A DNA stretch of 64,000 nucleotides. Source: Clostridia bacterium. GTDB lineage: Bacteria > Bacillota > Clostridia > Oscillospirales > CAG-272. The position numbers were made by a program, and so were the translations under genes. Shown here in pieces: positions 1 to 9,419 of the stretch. Position 1 is the stretch's first letter, and each line of letters begins with the position of its first letter. The stretch spans positions 45,856-109,855 of the forward strand of contig JAFTKN010000006.1 of assembly GCA_017453255.1 (NCBI GenBank), read 5' to 3'. The notes under the pieces were generated by a model. That model saw only the letters and a program-made list of their open reading frames with translations. It searched no databases and was not told the origin of the DNA.

Positions 1-890
1 ATTTTATCCTCATCCTTTGATTCAAGAGCCTCAGACATATCTTTAGCTACTTCCTGTAAAATGTCCTCAAGCTTTTCTCTATCAAGCTCTTCATCCTTGC
101 TTTGCTGATCCTGCTCGATTTTATCAAGAATGTCTTGAACATCCTTGTTATCCTCCTTAGACATTTCCTCAAAGGATTCCTTGATTGCGTCTTGCTTTGC
201 CTGTTCCTTTTCAAGTACTTCCTCAATGTCCTTGATAGCTTCGTCTATAGCCTCGGATTTCTCCTCGTTTGTATCAGCCTTTTCCATGTCCTCTTCGAGC
301 TTATCCAAGATTTCGTCAAGCTCTTTCTTTACTTCCTCAGGAATCTCTGCATTTTCAATTTTTTCTTCAATATTTTCAATTTCTTCTGAAAACGCATCTT
401 CAGAAGTTGCAGCTTCCATTTTTGGAGCGAGTAATACAAACAAAAGCACAACTGCTACAATCATAGCAATAACTGAGATAGGACGAACGATAGGCTTTTT
501 AATTCTTAATGCATTTGCACCAAGACCAGCCATACGCTCTCTTGCATCATCTCTTTGCATTTTAGCAACATAGCTTCTATCATTTTGATACTCAACCATT
601 GTTGTAACACGCTCATCAAGACCAAGGTCGTCTATACGCTTTGCGATATCCTGTTCTCCTAATTTCATCCGTACCGTAAAAATCGAAATTCCAACGGTAA
701 TAGCACACACAAGGCCTGTTATTACGGTTACAAGAACAGCTGCTAATGAATTGTTGCCTGCTAAAGCAAAGCATGCAGCAAAAACAAGAGAAGTTGCAGA
801 GCCGAATAGTAAGCCCATAACTACTGCCTTAATGATAGACTCAACAACAAGTCTTTGTTTATAAGGTTTCATTAATTGATTTAAATCCAT
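1..890 (-). CDS. Hypothetical membrane-anchored protein with an acidic, coiled-coil-like distal region (C-terminus lies beyond the window start)
   Basis: ATG at 888-890 with GGAGGT 5 nt upstream. I hand-translated 361-890 with no stop; 1-360 was read only roughly. Sequence begins MDLNQLMKPYKQRLVVESIIKAVVMGLLFGSATSLVFAACFALAG, has further hydrophobic segments (LVCAITVGISIF, PISVIAMIVAVVLLFVLLAP), then an E/D/K-rich stretch. It is absent from the ORF track because it is truncated. Confidence 0.6.
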   Translation of the reverse strand, partial: MDLNQLMKPYKQRLVVESIIKAVVMGLLFGSATSLVFAACFALAGNNSLAAVLVTVITGLVCAITVGISIFTVRMKLGEQDIAKRIDDLGLDERVTTMVEYQNDRSYVAKMQRDDARERMAGLGANALRIKKPIVRPISVIAMIVAVVLLFVLLAPKMEAATSEDAFSEEIENIEEKIENAEIPEEVKKELDEILDKLEEDMEKADTNEEKSEAIDEAIKDIEEVLEKEQAKQDAIKESFEEMSKEDNKDVQDILDKIEQDQQSKDEELDREKLEDILQEVAKDMSEALESKDEDK

Positions 891-922
891 AAATACCTCC
901 TAAAGTATTCTTTTACTATAAT

Positions 923-951
923 ATTATAACACGCAAGGTCGATTTTTGCAA
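923..951 (-). promoter_or_regulatory. Sigma-A-type promoter for the 1-890 gene
   Basis: On the minus strand TTGCAA (946-951), a 17-nt spacer and TATAAT (923-928), about 30 nt upstream of the RBS. Confidence 0.45.
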
Positions 952-1432
952 TAGAAACAATTTTTTAAAGGTTCAAACCTCGTTTTTTTGTTAAATTGCA
1001 CAATTTTTTCAATTTTCTTTCAAAACCATTTCTTAAAATTTTATCTATTTTAACCAAAGCGTGTTTTTTGGTAGATATCATTTTAAGACCTTTTCGAGAG
1101 CAATATCTCGGGCTACTGTTTGTTATCCACTCCTTTTTTAGATTTTTTTAGCAATACGGGAATTTTGCTTGGTTTCCACCCTTATATTATGTGTCGGTGG
1201 CTCCCACTGTTATATTACCACATATAATGGTAGCTTTGTTAAGAAATTCCAAATTTTCAACGCTATTTCAGACCCCTTTTAACCTATTTTCACACAATTT
1301 TCACTTTAGAATTTTTTAAGGATTTTTTCAGCATTTTTTCTTCGCAATTTCTTCACAAATCAAGACGTTTTTTCTTCACCTTAGGTTGCGTAAAAAGTAA
1401 TAAATTAACAATTTATTTACATTTTTTATGAT

Positions 1433-1470
1433 AAAAAAAGGACCTACTTGTAAAAAGCAGGTCGTTTTTT
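1433..1470. terminator. Bidirectional intrinsic terminator at the distal end of the polysaccharide locus
   Basis: Stem GACCTAC/GCAGGTC (1441-1463, one mismatch) flanked by an A-run (1433-1440) and a T-run (1465-1470). It sits 10 nt past the fnlC stop. Confidence 0.6.
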
Positions 1471-1479
1471 ATTGTTTTC

Positions 1480-2664
1480 TTATTTTTTTCTCCAAACCAT
1501 TTTGTCCACAATTTTTGTGTAGGATTGAATAATTTTAACTACCTTTGTTGATACATTTTCGTCTGTATAAGCGTCAACTGGTATTCCAAAATCACCATTT
1601 TTATTCATTAAAATTGCTGTATCAACAGCCTGTAAAAGCGATTTTTCATCTATTCCAGCAAGAACAAAGCAAGCCTTGTCAAGCGCCTCAGGTCTTTCAG
1701 TTGAGGTACGAATACAAACTGCAGGAAAGCTCATTCCTATGCTTGTATAATAGCTACTTTCCTCAGGAAGTGTACCACTATCCGACACAACGCAGAAAGC
1801 ATTTGCCTGTAGGCAGTTATAGTCATGAAAGCCAAGAGGCTCGTGCATGATAACTCGCTTATCAAGCTCAAAGCCAGATGCCTCGAGTCTTTTCCTTGAA
1901 CGTGGGTGGCAGGAATAAAGCATGGGCATATCATACTTTTTCACAAGAGCATTTATAGCATTGAATAGTGATAGAAAATTTTCCTCAGTATCAATATTTT
2001 CCTCTCTGTGAGCTGACAAAAGCATATATCCCTTAGGCTTTAGGTTTAGTCGTTTTAGAATATCAGATTTTTTGATTTCATCAATATTATTTGATAAAAC
2101 CTCAGCCATAGGTGAGCCTGTTACATATGTTCTCTCCTTTGGCAAGCCACATTCATGAAGATATCTTCTTGCATGCTCGGAATATGCTAAATTCACATCA
2201 GAAATTATATCTACAATTCTTCGATTTGTTTCCTCTGGTAAGCATTCATCCTTACAACGATTACCTGCCTCCATATGGAAAATAGGAATATGTAGTCTTT
2301 TTGCACTAATTGCTGACAAGCAAGAGTTTGTATCACCTAAAATCAAAAGTGCATCAGGCTTGATTTGGTTCATTAGCTTGTATGAGCAGTTAATTATGTT
2401 GCCCACAGTAGCGCCTAAATCGTCACCAACTGCATCCATATAAACCTCTGGCTCATCAAGCTTTAAATCATGGAAAAATATGCCGTTTAGATTGTAATCA
2501 TAGTTTTGCCCTGTATGTGCTAAAACACAATCAAAATATGTTCTGCATTTGTTAATTACAGCACCAAGACGAATAATTTCAGGTCTCGTACCAACGATTA
2601 TAAGAAGCTTAAGTCTTCCATCGTTTTTAAAGCTGACATCACTATAGTCTGTTTTTATCTTCAT
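1480..2664 (-). CDS. fnlC: UDP-2-acetamido-2,6-dideoxy-L-talose 2-epimerase, a non-hydrolysing UDP-GlcNAc 2-epimerase family member (FnlC/Cap5G/WbjD type)
   Basis: 394 aa. LLIIVGTRPEIIRL, HTGQNYDYNL and FHMEAGNRC are epimerase_2 signatures. It lies in the canonical position after fnlA/fnlB. Confidence 0.85.
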   Translation of the reverse strand: MKIKTDYSDVSFKNDGRLKLLIIVGTRPEIIRLGAVINKCRTYFDCVLAHTGQNYDYNLNGIFFHDLKLDEPEVYMDAVGDDLGATVGNIINCSYKLMNQIKPDALLILGDTNSCLSAISAKRLHIPIFHMEAGNRCKDECLPEETNRRIVDIISDVNLAYSEHARRYLHECGLPKERTYVTGSPMAEVLSNNIDEIKKSDILKRLNLKPKGYMLLSAHREENIDTEENFLSLFNAINALVKKYDMPMLYSCHPRSRKRLEASGFELDKRVIMHEPLGFHDYNCLQANAFCVVSDSGTLPEESSYYTSIGMSFPAVCIRTSTERPEALDKACFVLAGIDEKSLLQAVDTAILMNKNGDFGIPVDAYTDENVSTKVVKIIQSYTKIVDKMVWRKK

Positions 2665-2673
2665 ATTTAGCTC

Positions 2674-3870
2674 CTACACTATTTCAAAAAATGTATCTGG
2701 TTTATTTGGATCAAAGGCTTCATTTGCCCACATAACAGTAACTAAGTTTTCGCTTTCGGACAAATTTATTATGTTATGGGTATAGCCTGGTAGCATATGA
2801 ACAGCCTCAATTTTTTCACCACTAACATAAAATCTAAGCACCTCATCTGTGCCAATTTTACGTTGCTCTATCAAGCCCTTTCCTGCTACTACAATGAAAA
2901 TTTCCCATTTTGTGTTGTGCCAATGCTGTCCCTTTATAATGCCTGGCTTTGATATATTTATCGACACTTGTCCACACTTTTCACTTTTTAAAAGCTCTGT
3001 AAAGCTTCCTCTTTGATCCTCATTCATCTTTAAAGGAAAGCTTACCTTTTCCTTTGGTAGATATGAGAGAAATGTAGAATAAAGCTTCTTTGCAAACGAG
3101 CCCTTTGGAATTTCTGGAATTACAAGATTGCTTGGTTGAGAATTGAATTTATAGAGCAAATCTACTATTTCGCCAAGAGTTACCTTGTGGGTTACAGTCG
3201 CATAGCAATATTTACCATTTTTATCTGGTACAGGCTCTAAGCCGTTATATTCGCATCTATTCTCCATGCCCTCTAAGCAATTAAGCATTTCGTCAATCAA
3301 GTCATCAATATACAAAAGCTCTAAGCAAACACTTCTATCATTTACCTGTATGGGCAAATCGTTAGCAATATTGTTGCAGAAGGTTGCAACTGCCGAATTA
3401 TAATTAGGTCTGCACCATTTTCCAAAAAGGTTTGGAAAACGATATATCAATACCCTTGCGCCTGTTTCCCTTCCATATTCATATAAAAGCTCCTCGCCAG
3501 CAAGCTTGCTTTTTCCGTAATCAGATGAAGCGTATCTTCCGATAAGTGTTGCCTGAATTGATGAGGAAATCATTACAGGACAGGTGTTTTTGTGTGCTTT
3601 AAGCTGAGAAAGAAGCTCAGAGGCAAAGCCAAAATTGCCCTTCATAAATTCCTCTTCATTTTTTGGTCTATTTACACCAGCAAGATTAAATACAAAATCT
3701 GCATTCTTGCAGTACTCGGCAAGCAATGCCTTATCGGTACAAACGTCGTACTCATAAATCTCGTCTATTTTAACCCGTCTTGTTTTGTCCTTTTCGTCCT
3801 TTATGTTCTTAAGTGCACAGCAAAGATTTCTTCCAACAAAGCCGTTTGAACCTGTTACAAGTATGTTCAT
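2674..3870 (-). CDS. fnlB: UDP-L-FucNAc pathway reductase/epimerase with an N-terminal SDR domain and a C-terminal cupin (FnlB/Cap5F/WbjC type)
   Basis: 398 aa. It has MNILVTGSNGFVGRNL (Rossmann), FGKWCRPNYNSAVATFC, GSFTELLKS..GQVSINISKPGIIKGQHWHNTK and MWANEAFDPNKPDTFFEIV. These align by eye with Cap5F as I recall it. Confidence 0.85.
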   Translation of the reverse strand: MNILVTGSNGFVGRNLCCALKNIKDEKDKTRRVKIDEIYEYDVCTDKALLAEYCKNADFVFNLAGVNRPKNEEEFMKGNFGFASELLSQLKAHKNTCPVMISSSIQATLIGRYASSDYGKSKLAGEELLYEYGRETGARVLIYRFPNLFGKWCRPNYNSAVATFCNNIANDLPIQVNDRSVCLELLYIDDLIDEMLNCLEGMENRCEYNGLEPVPDKNGKYCYATVTHKVTLGEIVDLLYKFNSQPSNLVIPEIPKGSFAKKLYSTFLSYLPKEKVSFPLKMNEDQRGSFTELLKSEKCGQVSINISKPGIIKGQHWHNTKWEIFIVVAGKGLIEQRKIGTDEVLRFYVSGEKIEAVHMLPGYTHNIINLSESENLVTVMWANEAFDPNKPDTFFEIV

Positions 3871-3914
3871 TTTATAATCCTTTTCGTCAAATTATGCACA
3901 CAGGGTGCGATTTT

Positions 3915-5090
3915 TTAGAAATTATATGGAAATCCAACCATATGTAGCTCTTTATCGTAGGATTCAATTTCCTCTTTTGAAACATCGTCCAAGCGATTGA
4001 AGGTTTTTAATGATTTTTTACCCTTAAACAAGGCTACAACAAGTCTAACTATCCACATAATTGGTAGCATAAACGGAGCTTTTTTAAGCCACTTGTACTT
4101 CGAGCACATTTGCTTGTAGGACGGAAAAAGAAGTCCTCTTTTTTTCTTGCGCTTAGCCTTTTTCAAATCCTTTTCCTTGCCTGAAAGCTTTAGTGCCTCT
4201 GCTCTTTTCTTTTCCTTGGTTGCACCATATGCTCCTGAGGTGAATATTTTTCTTGTGATAAGATCAGTAACCTCGTTTTCCTCTCCACCACAAAACCATA
4301 CATCAAGCGTCTTTTTTGTATTTTTGTAAAACTCTAAAAGCCCCATTTTTTCAAGCTCGCTCTCTATGTAAGCATAGTCGAGCTGAAGCTTATTCATAAA
4401 TACATAAAAATCGGTCATAAATTTAATTCCGATTCCACCATCACGATAGTGTTTAGCAAAGTGGGTGAAAAGATAAATAAAGGTATCCTCATCCTTCATT
4501 TTATACTCGTATCTGCCATTTTCTACCAAAAATAGCTTTTCCCATTCCTTACCCTCATAATATCTCGCCAAGTCCTTTGTATAGGAAGGAATAAGTCTTT
4601 TATGTATCTCAACCACAAGCTCATCCTTACACCAAATTATCTCATGGTCGCTTTCACATTTGAATGTAAATCCGAGCTTTTCCAAGATTGCCTTGATTTT
4701 AGGATATTTTTCGATTTTTACATATATGTCTGCATCGCTCATCATACGCATTTCTGGATACGTGTAGAGCTTTTTTAAGATTGTACCCTTCATTTTTAGA
4801 TGTTCTATGCCCTCTTTATCAAAGCACTCAAAAAGCTGATTTAGCATACTAAGCTGTGCTTCACTAAAGGAAACCAGACTTGCACTTGTCATCATAAATT
4901 TCATAAATGCTGGACTTTTCTCAAGCTCTGGTATTTGAGCAAGACCATAAAATATTAGAGGTATAATCTGATGTGCTTTTGCAAGCTTATATAGAGAGTC
5001 AAGCTCTATTTTTGGACACTCTTCTGGTTTTTTTTCATCAAGAGAATCCTTTATTAAAGCAATAACCTCTCTTTCAAGAGCTGTTAGCAT
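3915..5090 (-). CDS. Uncharacterised nucleotidyltransferase-family protein (NTP_transf_5-like) with a basic, hydrophobic C-terminal tail
   Basis: 391 aa. LKMKGTILKKLYTYPEMRMMSDADIYV matches the LKG...R..sDiD core of that family. The C-terminus has a KKAKRKKKRG stretch followed by a hydrophobic segment (APFMLPIMWIVRLVVALF). Confidence 0.6.
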   Translation of the reverse strand: MLTALEREVIALIKDSLDEKKPEECPKIELDSLYKLAKAHQIIPLIFYGLAQIPELEKSPAFMKFMMTSASLVSFSEAQLSMLNQLFECFDKEGIEHLKMKGTILKKLYTYPEMRMMSDADIYVKIEKYPKIKAILEKLGFTFKCESDHEIIWCKDELVVEIHKRLIPSYTKDLARYYEGKEWEKLFLVENGRYEYKMKDEDTFIYLFTHFAKHYRDGGIGIKFMTDFYVFMNKLQLDYAYIESELEKMGLLEFYKNTKKTLDVWFCGGEENEVTDLITRKIFTSGAYGATKEKKRAEALKLSGKEKDLKKAKRKKKRGLLFPSYKQMCSKYKWLKKAPFMLPIMWIVRLVVALFKGKKSLKTFNRLDDVSKEEIESYDKELHMVGFPYNF

Positions 5091-6145
5091 TAATTCTCGT
5101 CCTTTTTAAGTTCTTCTTTTATATAATCAAGGGAAAGTAGCTTTGCCTTAACCTGCTCAACATTTAAAAGCTCGGTGTTATGGGAATTAAACTCTGTAAG
5201 TGGATTTCTCTCCACATCGCCGTCCTTGAAGTACTTATCGTAGTTAAGGCCACGCTTATCACATGGTACACGATAGAAATTGCCCATATCTATTGCGTTT
5301 GCACACTCCTCGTTTGTAAGAAGTGTTTCGTACATTTTTTCACCATGACGAATACCTATAACCTTTATTTCACTCTTGCCTTCCTTATCAAATAGCTCCA
5401 TTACTGCCTTAGCCTGTGTTTCGATTGTGCAGGCAGGTGCCTTTTGAACAAGGATATCACCACTTGTTCCGTTTTCAAAAGCGAATAATACGAGGTCAAC
5501 AGCCTCCTCAAGTGACATAATAAAGCGTGTCATTGTTGGGTCAGTTACTGTAATTGGATTGCCGTTTCTGATTTGGTCAATCCAAAGTGGAATTACTGAA
5601 CCACGTGAGCACATTACATTACCATATCTTGTGCAACAAATTTTTGTTTTGCTTGGGTCAACTGTTCTTGACTTTGCCACGATTACCTTTTCCATCATAG
5701 CCTTAGATGTGCCCATTGCGTTTACAGGGTAAGCTGCTTTATCGGTGGAAAGACAAATTACAGTCTTAACGCCTTCCTCAATAGCAGCAGTAAGCACGTT
5801 TTCAGTACCTAAAACATTTGTTTTTACAGCCTCAATTGGAAAAAATTCACAGGACGGAACCTGCTTTAAAGCGGCTGCGTGGAATATGTAATCAACGCCG
5901 TGCATAGCGTTTTTTACGCTTGCAAGGTCACGCACATCACCAATATAGAACTTAATTTTCTCAGCCACCTCAGGCATTTTTGCCTGAAACTCGTGTCGCA
6001 TATCGTCCTGCTTTTTTTCATCACGAGAGAACACTCTAATTTCACCAATATCGGTTCTCAAAAATCTATTAAGCACAGCATTTCCAAAGGAGCCTGTACC
6101 TCCTGTTATCATAAGTGTTTTACCACTAAATATTGATTTATCCAT
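5090..6145 (-). CDS. fnlA: UDP-N-acetylglucosamine 4,6-dehydratase/5-epimerase (FnlA/CapE/WbjB type)
   Basis: 351 aa. KTLMITGGTGSFGNAVLNRFL..IRVFSRDEKKQDDMR is the hallmark N-terminus of the CapE/FnlA subfamily. Confidence 0.9.
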   Translation of the reverse strand: MDKSIFSGKTLMITGGTGSFGNAVLNRFLRTDIGEIRVFSRDEKKQDDMRHEFQAKMPEVAEKIKFYIGDVRDLASVKNAMHGVDYIFHAAALKQVPSCEFFPIEAVKTNVLGTENVLTAAIEEGVKTVICLSTDKAAYPVNAMGTSKAMMEKVIVAKSRTVDPSKTKICCTRYGNVMCSRGSVIPLWIDQIRNGNPITVTDPTMTRFIMSLEEAVDLVLFAFENGTSGDILVQKAPACTIETQAKAVMELFDKEGKSEIKVIGIRHGEKMYETLLTNEECANAIDMGNFYRVPCDKRGLNYDKYFKDGDVERNPLTEFNSHNTELLNVEQVKAKLLSLDYIKEELKKDEN

Positions 6146-6180
6146 TTTTTACCTCTTAATTTAATTATAAATATATAAAT

Positions 6181-6209
6181 ATAATAACATATATTATTAT
6201 TTTTGTCAA
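6181..6209 (-). promoter_or_regulatory. Internal sigma-A-type promoter for the fnlA cassette
   Basis: Minus strand TTGACA (6204-6209), 17-nt spacer, TATTAT (6181-6186), directly after the terminator hairpin. Confidence 0.5.
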
Positions 6210-6214
6210 TTAAA

Positions 6215-6238
6215 AAGGCTTTGAATAACCAAAGCCTT
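6215..6238 (-). terminator. Intrinsic terminator overlapping the stop of the 6237-7367 gene
   Basis: 9-bp stem AAGGCTTTG/CAAAGCCTT with a 6-nt loop. In the minus sense it is followed by a U-run (forward A-run 6212-6216). Confidence 0.55.
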
Positions 6239-7367
6239 AAAGTAGTTTTTTCAAATCTGCAACAAACGCATCGTTATGCTCATCAACCACAGCACGTAAA
6301 TCTATATCACTTTTCAAATCAATACTTCTAATTGCATCGGCAATAGCCTTAGGATCATCTCCGCTATAATAGGTTATATGCTTGCCTAAGCTTGAGCTTT
6401 TTACAGGCAAAATATCAGCACTGACAACCCTTAATCCATTTGACATATAAGATAAAATTTTTGATGGAAATGAGGTATTGTTAAATTTAGCATTAGGACT
6501 TTGAGTGCTTAAGCCTATTTTACAGCGTTGTAATCTTGCCTTATATTTATCTCCCGAATGATAGCCCTCATATGATATTGTGCAATCGGAGAGCTCAACT
6601 GCCTCTCTTGCTTTTCTATCAAAAAGAGCCATTATTTTACTATTTCCCTTACCCAGTATGTGTAAATAGTAGTTATTGTCCAAATATTTTGCTGTCTCTA
6701 AGGCATTAAATACGCCACCCTTATTCATGTTAAATGTACCTGAATAAACAAGATGTATTTTCCCATCATTTATCGGTTCAATAAGCTTTGGCTCGCTTTT
6801 ATATGTACCCATACAAATTGTATATGGCTTTTTTTGTGTATTTAGCTCCTTTTCCAAAACAGACGAGGAGAAAATATACTTATCGGCAAGGGATATTTGT
6901 AAAAGCTCCTTTTTCCTGTTAATTTTGTTATTTACAGAAGCATCAGCATATATTTCGCAAACCTGCAAAACTAATGTGAATTTTTTCTTTTTACGTAATT
7001 TTTTAAGTACCCTTGAAAACGCAAGCGAATGATAAACTAATAGTGTATCGCCATCACTAATCAACTCATTTAGCTGATTGAAAAGGATTCTTTCTTGCTT
7101 TATTTTTTGGAAAAGCTTTAAAAAAATGTTTTTCTTTGCAGTTCTTTTTGCACAGGCTAAGTAAATTATATCTGTTTTTTCATTTATTATGGAGCTTTCT
7201 TTGTCTAATTTACGTCCATCAGGCAACGAGGCAGCAGTTATAACAGTTAATTCCTTGTCTGCTTCATTTATTGCCCCGATAACATAATCAATCATTGTCT
7301 GAGCAGTCAAAAACACAGATCTCTTGCCTGGCTCTGAATAATGACCTAAATAAAATAACTTGCCCAT
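6237..7367 (-). CDS. Putative GT-B-fold glycosyltransferase (divergent)
   Basis: 376 aa, in a glycan locus. The C-terminal half resembles GT1/GT4 (HLVYSGTFNMNKG..., FPSKILSYMSNGLRVV). No strong motif, so the call is weak. Confidence 0.45.
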   Translation of the reverse strand: MGKLFYLGHYSEPGKRSVFLTAQTMIDYVIGAINEADKELTVITAASLPDGRKLDKESSIINEKTDIIYLACAKRTAKKNIFLKLFQKIKQERILFNQLNELISDGDTLLVYHSLAFSRVLKKLRKKKKFTLVLQVCEIYADASVNNKINRKKELLQISLADKYIFSSSVLEKELNTQKKPYTICMGTYKSEPKLIEPINDGKIHLVYSGTFNMNKGGVFNALETAKYLDNNYYLHILGKGNSKIMALFDRKAREAVELSDCTISYEGYHSGDKYKARLQRCKIGLSTQSPNAKFNNTSFPSKILSYMSNGLRVVSADILPVKSSSLGKHITYYSGDDPKAIADAIRSIDLKSDIDLRAVVDEHNDAFVADLKKLL

Positions 7368-7399
7368 TTATCAAACTCCTTCAAACTCTACTTTCTTTA

Positions 7400-7428
7400 A
7401 TAATACCATAGGTGAACAATTTTGTCAA
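7400..7428 (-). promoter_or_regulatory. Internal sigma-A-type promoter for the 6237-7367 gene
   Basis: Minus strand TTGACA (7423-7428), 17-nt spacer, TATTAT (7400-7405). Confidence 0.5.
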
Positions 7429-7485
7429 CGAGCTCATTGTGACATAAATTTAAGAATTACAACCACGTCCCCCTGTATTACAACC

Positions 7486-7513
7486 AAAAAGCCGAGATTT
7501 ACTCGGCTTTTTT
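7486..7513. terminator. Bidirectional intrinsic terminator after rfbB
   Basis: GCCGAG/CTCGGC stem (7491-7507) flanked by an A-run and a T-run. Confidence 0.65.
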
Positions 7514-7514
7514 A

Positions 7515-8534
7515 TCATCTGTTTTTATACATTTTCTCGTAATAATTTTGATACTCGCCAGAAATAATAGTTTCCCACCATTGACGATTATTCAAATACC
7601 ATTCGATAGTCTTGTCTATTCCTACTGCAAACTTTGTTTCAGGTAACCAGCCAAGCTCAGAGTGAATTTTTGTTGGGTCAATTGCATAACGCATATCATG
7701 TCCCTTTCTATCTGCAACATAGGTAATTAAATCCTCACTTTTACCAAGCTTTTTGCAGATAAGCTTAACAATGTCAATATTAGCCATTTCATTATGTCCA
7801 CCAACATTGTAGACCTCACCAACTCTGCCCTTGTGAATGATCAAATCTATCGCCTTACAGTGATCCTCAACATAAAGCCAATCTCGAACATTTTCGCCTT
7901 TTCCATACACAGGTAGGGTTTTTTCGTTAAGTGCATTAGCAATCATTAGTGGAATTAGCTTTTCTGGAAAATGGTATGGTCCATAGTTATTTGAGCATCG
8001 GCTTATAGTTACAGGCAAGCCATATGTTCTATAATAAGCCAGCACTAAAAGATCTGCTCCTGCCTTAGATGAGCTATACGGACTGCTTGTATGTATTGGT
8101 GTTTCTTCGGTGAAAAACAAATCAGGACGATCAAGAGGTAAATCTCCATAAACCTCATCAGTTGAAACCTGATGATATCTTTCAATACCATATTTTCGAC
8201 AAGCATCCATCAAAACCTGTGTGCCTAAAATATTTGTTTGTAGAAAAACCTCTGGATTTTCTATAGAACGGTCAACATGGCTTTCAGCGGCAAAGTTTAC
8301 AACAATTTGAGGCTTTTCACTTTCAAATATGCTGTAAATTCCATCACGATCACATATGTTGGTTTTATAGAACTTGAAATTAGGATTTTTCATAGCCTCG
8401 GCAAGCGTTGACATATTTCCTGCATATGTCAAGCAATCTACACACACGATTTTATAATCAGGGTATTTATTTAACATGTGGTAAACAAAGTTTGAGCCTA
8501 TAAATCCAGCTCCGCCAGTTACAATTATTGTCAT
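7515..8534 (-). CDS. rfbB: dTDP-glucose 4,6-dehydratase
   Basis: 339 aa. Has TGGAGFIGSNF and YSSSKAGADLL (the YxxxK catalytic motif), and the gene order is typical of RmlB. Confidence 0.92.
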   Translation of the reverse strand: MTIIVTGGAGFIGSNFVYHMLNKYPDYKIVCVDCLTYAGNMSTLAEAMKNPNFKFYKTNICDRDGIYSIFESEKPQIVVNFAAESHVDRSIENPEVFLQTNILGTQVLMDACRKYGIERYHQVSTDEVYGDLPLDRPDLFFTEETPIHTSSPYSSSKAGADLLVLAYYRTYGLPVTISRCSNNYGPYHFPEKLIPLMIANALNEKTLPVYGKGENVRDWLYVEDHCKAIDLIIHKGRVGEVYNVGGHNEMANIDIVKLICKKLGKSEDLITYVADRKGHDMRYAIDPTKIHSELGWLPETKFAVGIDKTIEWYLNNRQWWETIISGEYQNYYEKMYKNR

Positions 8535-9407
8535 TTATCTTCCCTCCTTGGCAAGTGAAATTAGATATTGACCATAATCTGTCATCTTTAATTTCTCGCC
8601 TAAGCTAAGTAATTGTTCCGTGGAAATGAAGCCTCGTCTCCAAGCAATTTCCTCTATACAAGAAACATAAAAGCCCTGACAATCTTGAACAGTTTTTACA
8701 AACTCAGATGCCTTTAGCATGCCCTCAGGTGTTCCTGTATCGAGCCACGCCATACCACGGCCTAAAAGTGCTACATTTAATTCGCCCATTTCAAGATACG
8801 CATTGTTTACAGCTGTAATCTCTATTTCACCACGTGCTGAGGGCTTTATATTCTTTGCAATTTCTACAACTCTATTGTCATAGAAATAAAGTCCTGGTAC
8901 AGCATAATTTGACTTTGGATTTTCTGGCTTTTCCTCTATTGAAAGAACCTTATGGTTTTTATCAAACTCTACAACGCCAAAGGCTCTTGGATCTTTAACA
9001 GGATATCCAAAAATTGTCGCCCCTGTGTCATTTTTTATCGCATCTCTTAGAATCTTTGTAAGATTAGGACCATAAAAAACATTATCGCCAAGAATCAAAC
9101 AAACGCTATCATTTCCTATAAAATCTTCCCCTAAAATAAACGCATCAGCAAGTCCTCTTGGTGACTCCTGAACCTTATATGTAAGATTAATTCCTATTTC
9201 CTCGCCTGTGCCTAATAGTTGCTTATAAACAGGTGTATCCTCAGGGGTGGAAATAATCAAAATATCCTTTATTCCTGCAAGAAGCAAGATTGAAAGCGGA
9301 TAATATACAAGTGGCTTATCATAAATTGGCAAAAGCTGTTTTGACACCGCCTTTGTCATTGGGTAAAGCCTTGTACCCTTTCCACCTGCTAAAATAATGC
9401 CCTTCAT
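8535..9407 (-). CDS. rfbA: Glucose-1-phosphate thymidylyltransferase
   Basis: 290 aa. [18 protein letters not shown] and the overall RmlA pattern. Confidence 0.92.
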   Translation of the reverse strand: MKGIILAGGKGTRLYPMTKAVSKQLLPIYDKPLVYYPLSILLLAGIKDILIISTPEDTPVYKQLLGTGEEIGINLTYKVQESPRGLADAFILGEDFIGNDSVCLILGDNVFYGPNLTKILRDAIKNDTGATIFGYPVKDPRAFGVVEFDKNHKVLSIEEKPENPKSNYAVPGLYFYDNRVVEIAKNIKPSARGEIEITAVNNAYLEMGELNVALLGRGMAWLDTGTPEGMLKASEFVKTVQDCQGFYVSCIEEIAWRRGFISTEQLLSLGEKLKMTDYGQYLISLAKEGR

Positions 9408-9419
9408 TTGTTTTCTCCT

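Noticed and set aside
102-573. Three overlapping plus-strand ORFs (95, 142 and 65 aa) with low-complexity L/F/S-rich translations
   Set aside because: They are antisense shadows of the E/D/K-rich region of the minus-strand gene at 1-890, which has a clean ATG, RBS and promoter. They have no RBS or plausible protein features.
891-1479. Searched the 590-bp ORF-free region for a tRNA, riboswitch, small RNA or pseudogene
   Set aside because: I found only small hairpins (for example CGAGA/TCTCG near 1097-1112), a promoter, a terminator and phased T-tracts. I saw no cloverleaf or riboswitch core that I recognise, so nothing is called.
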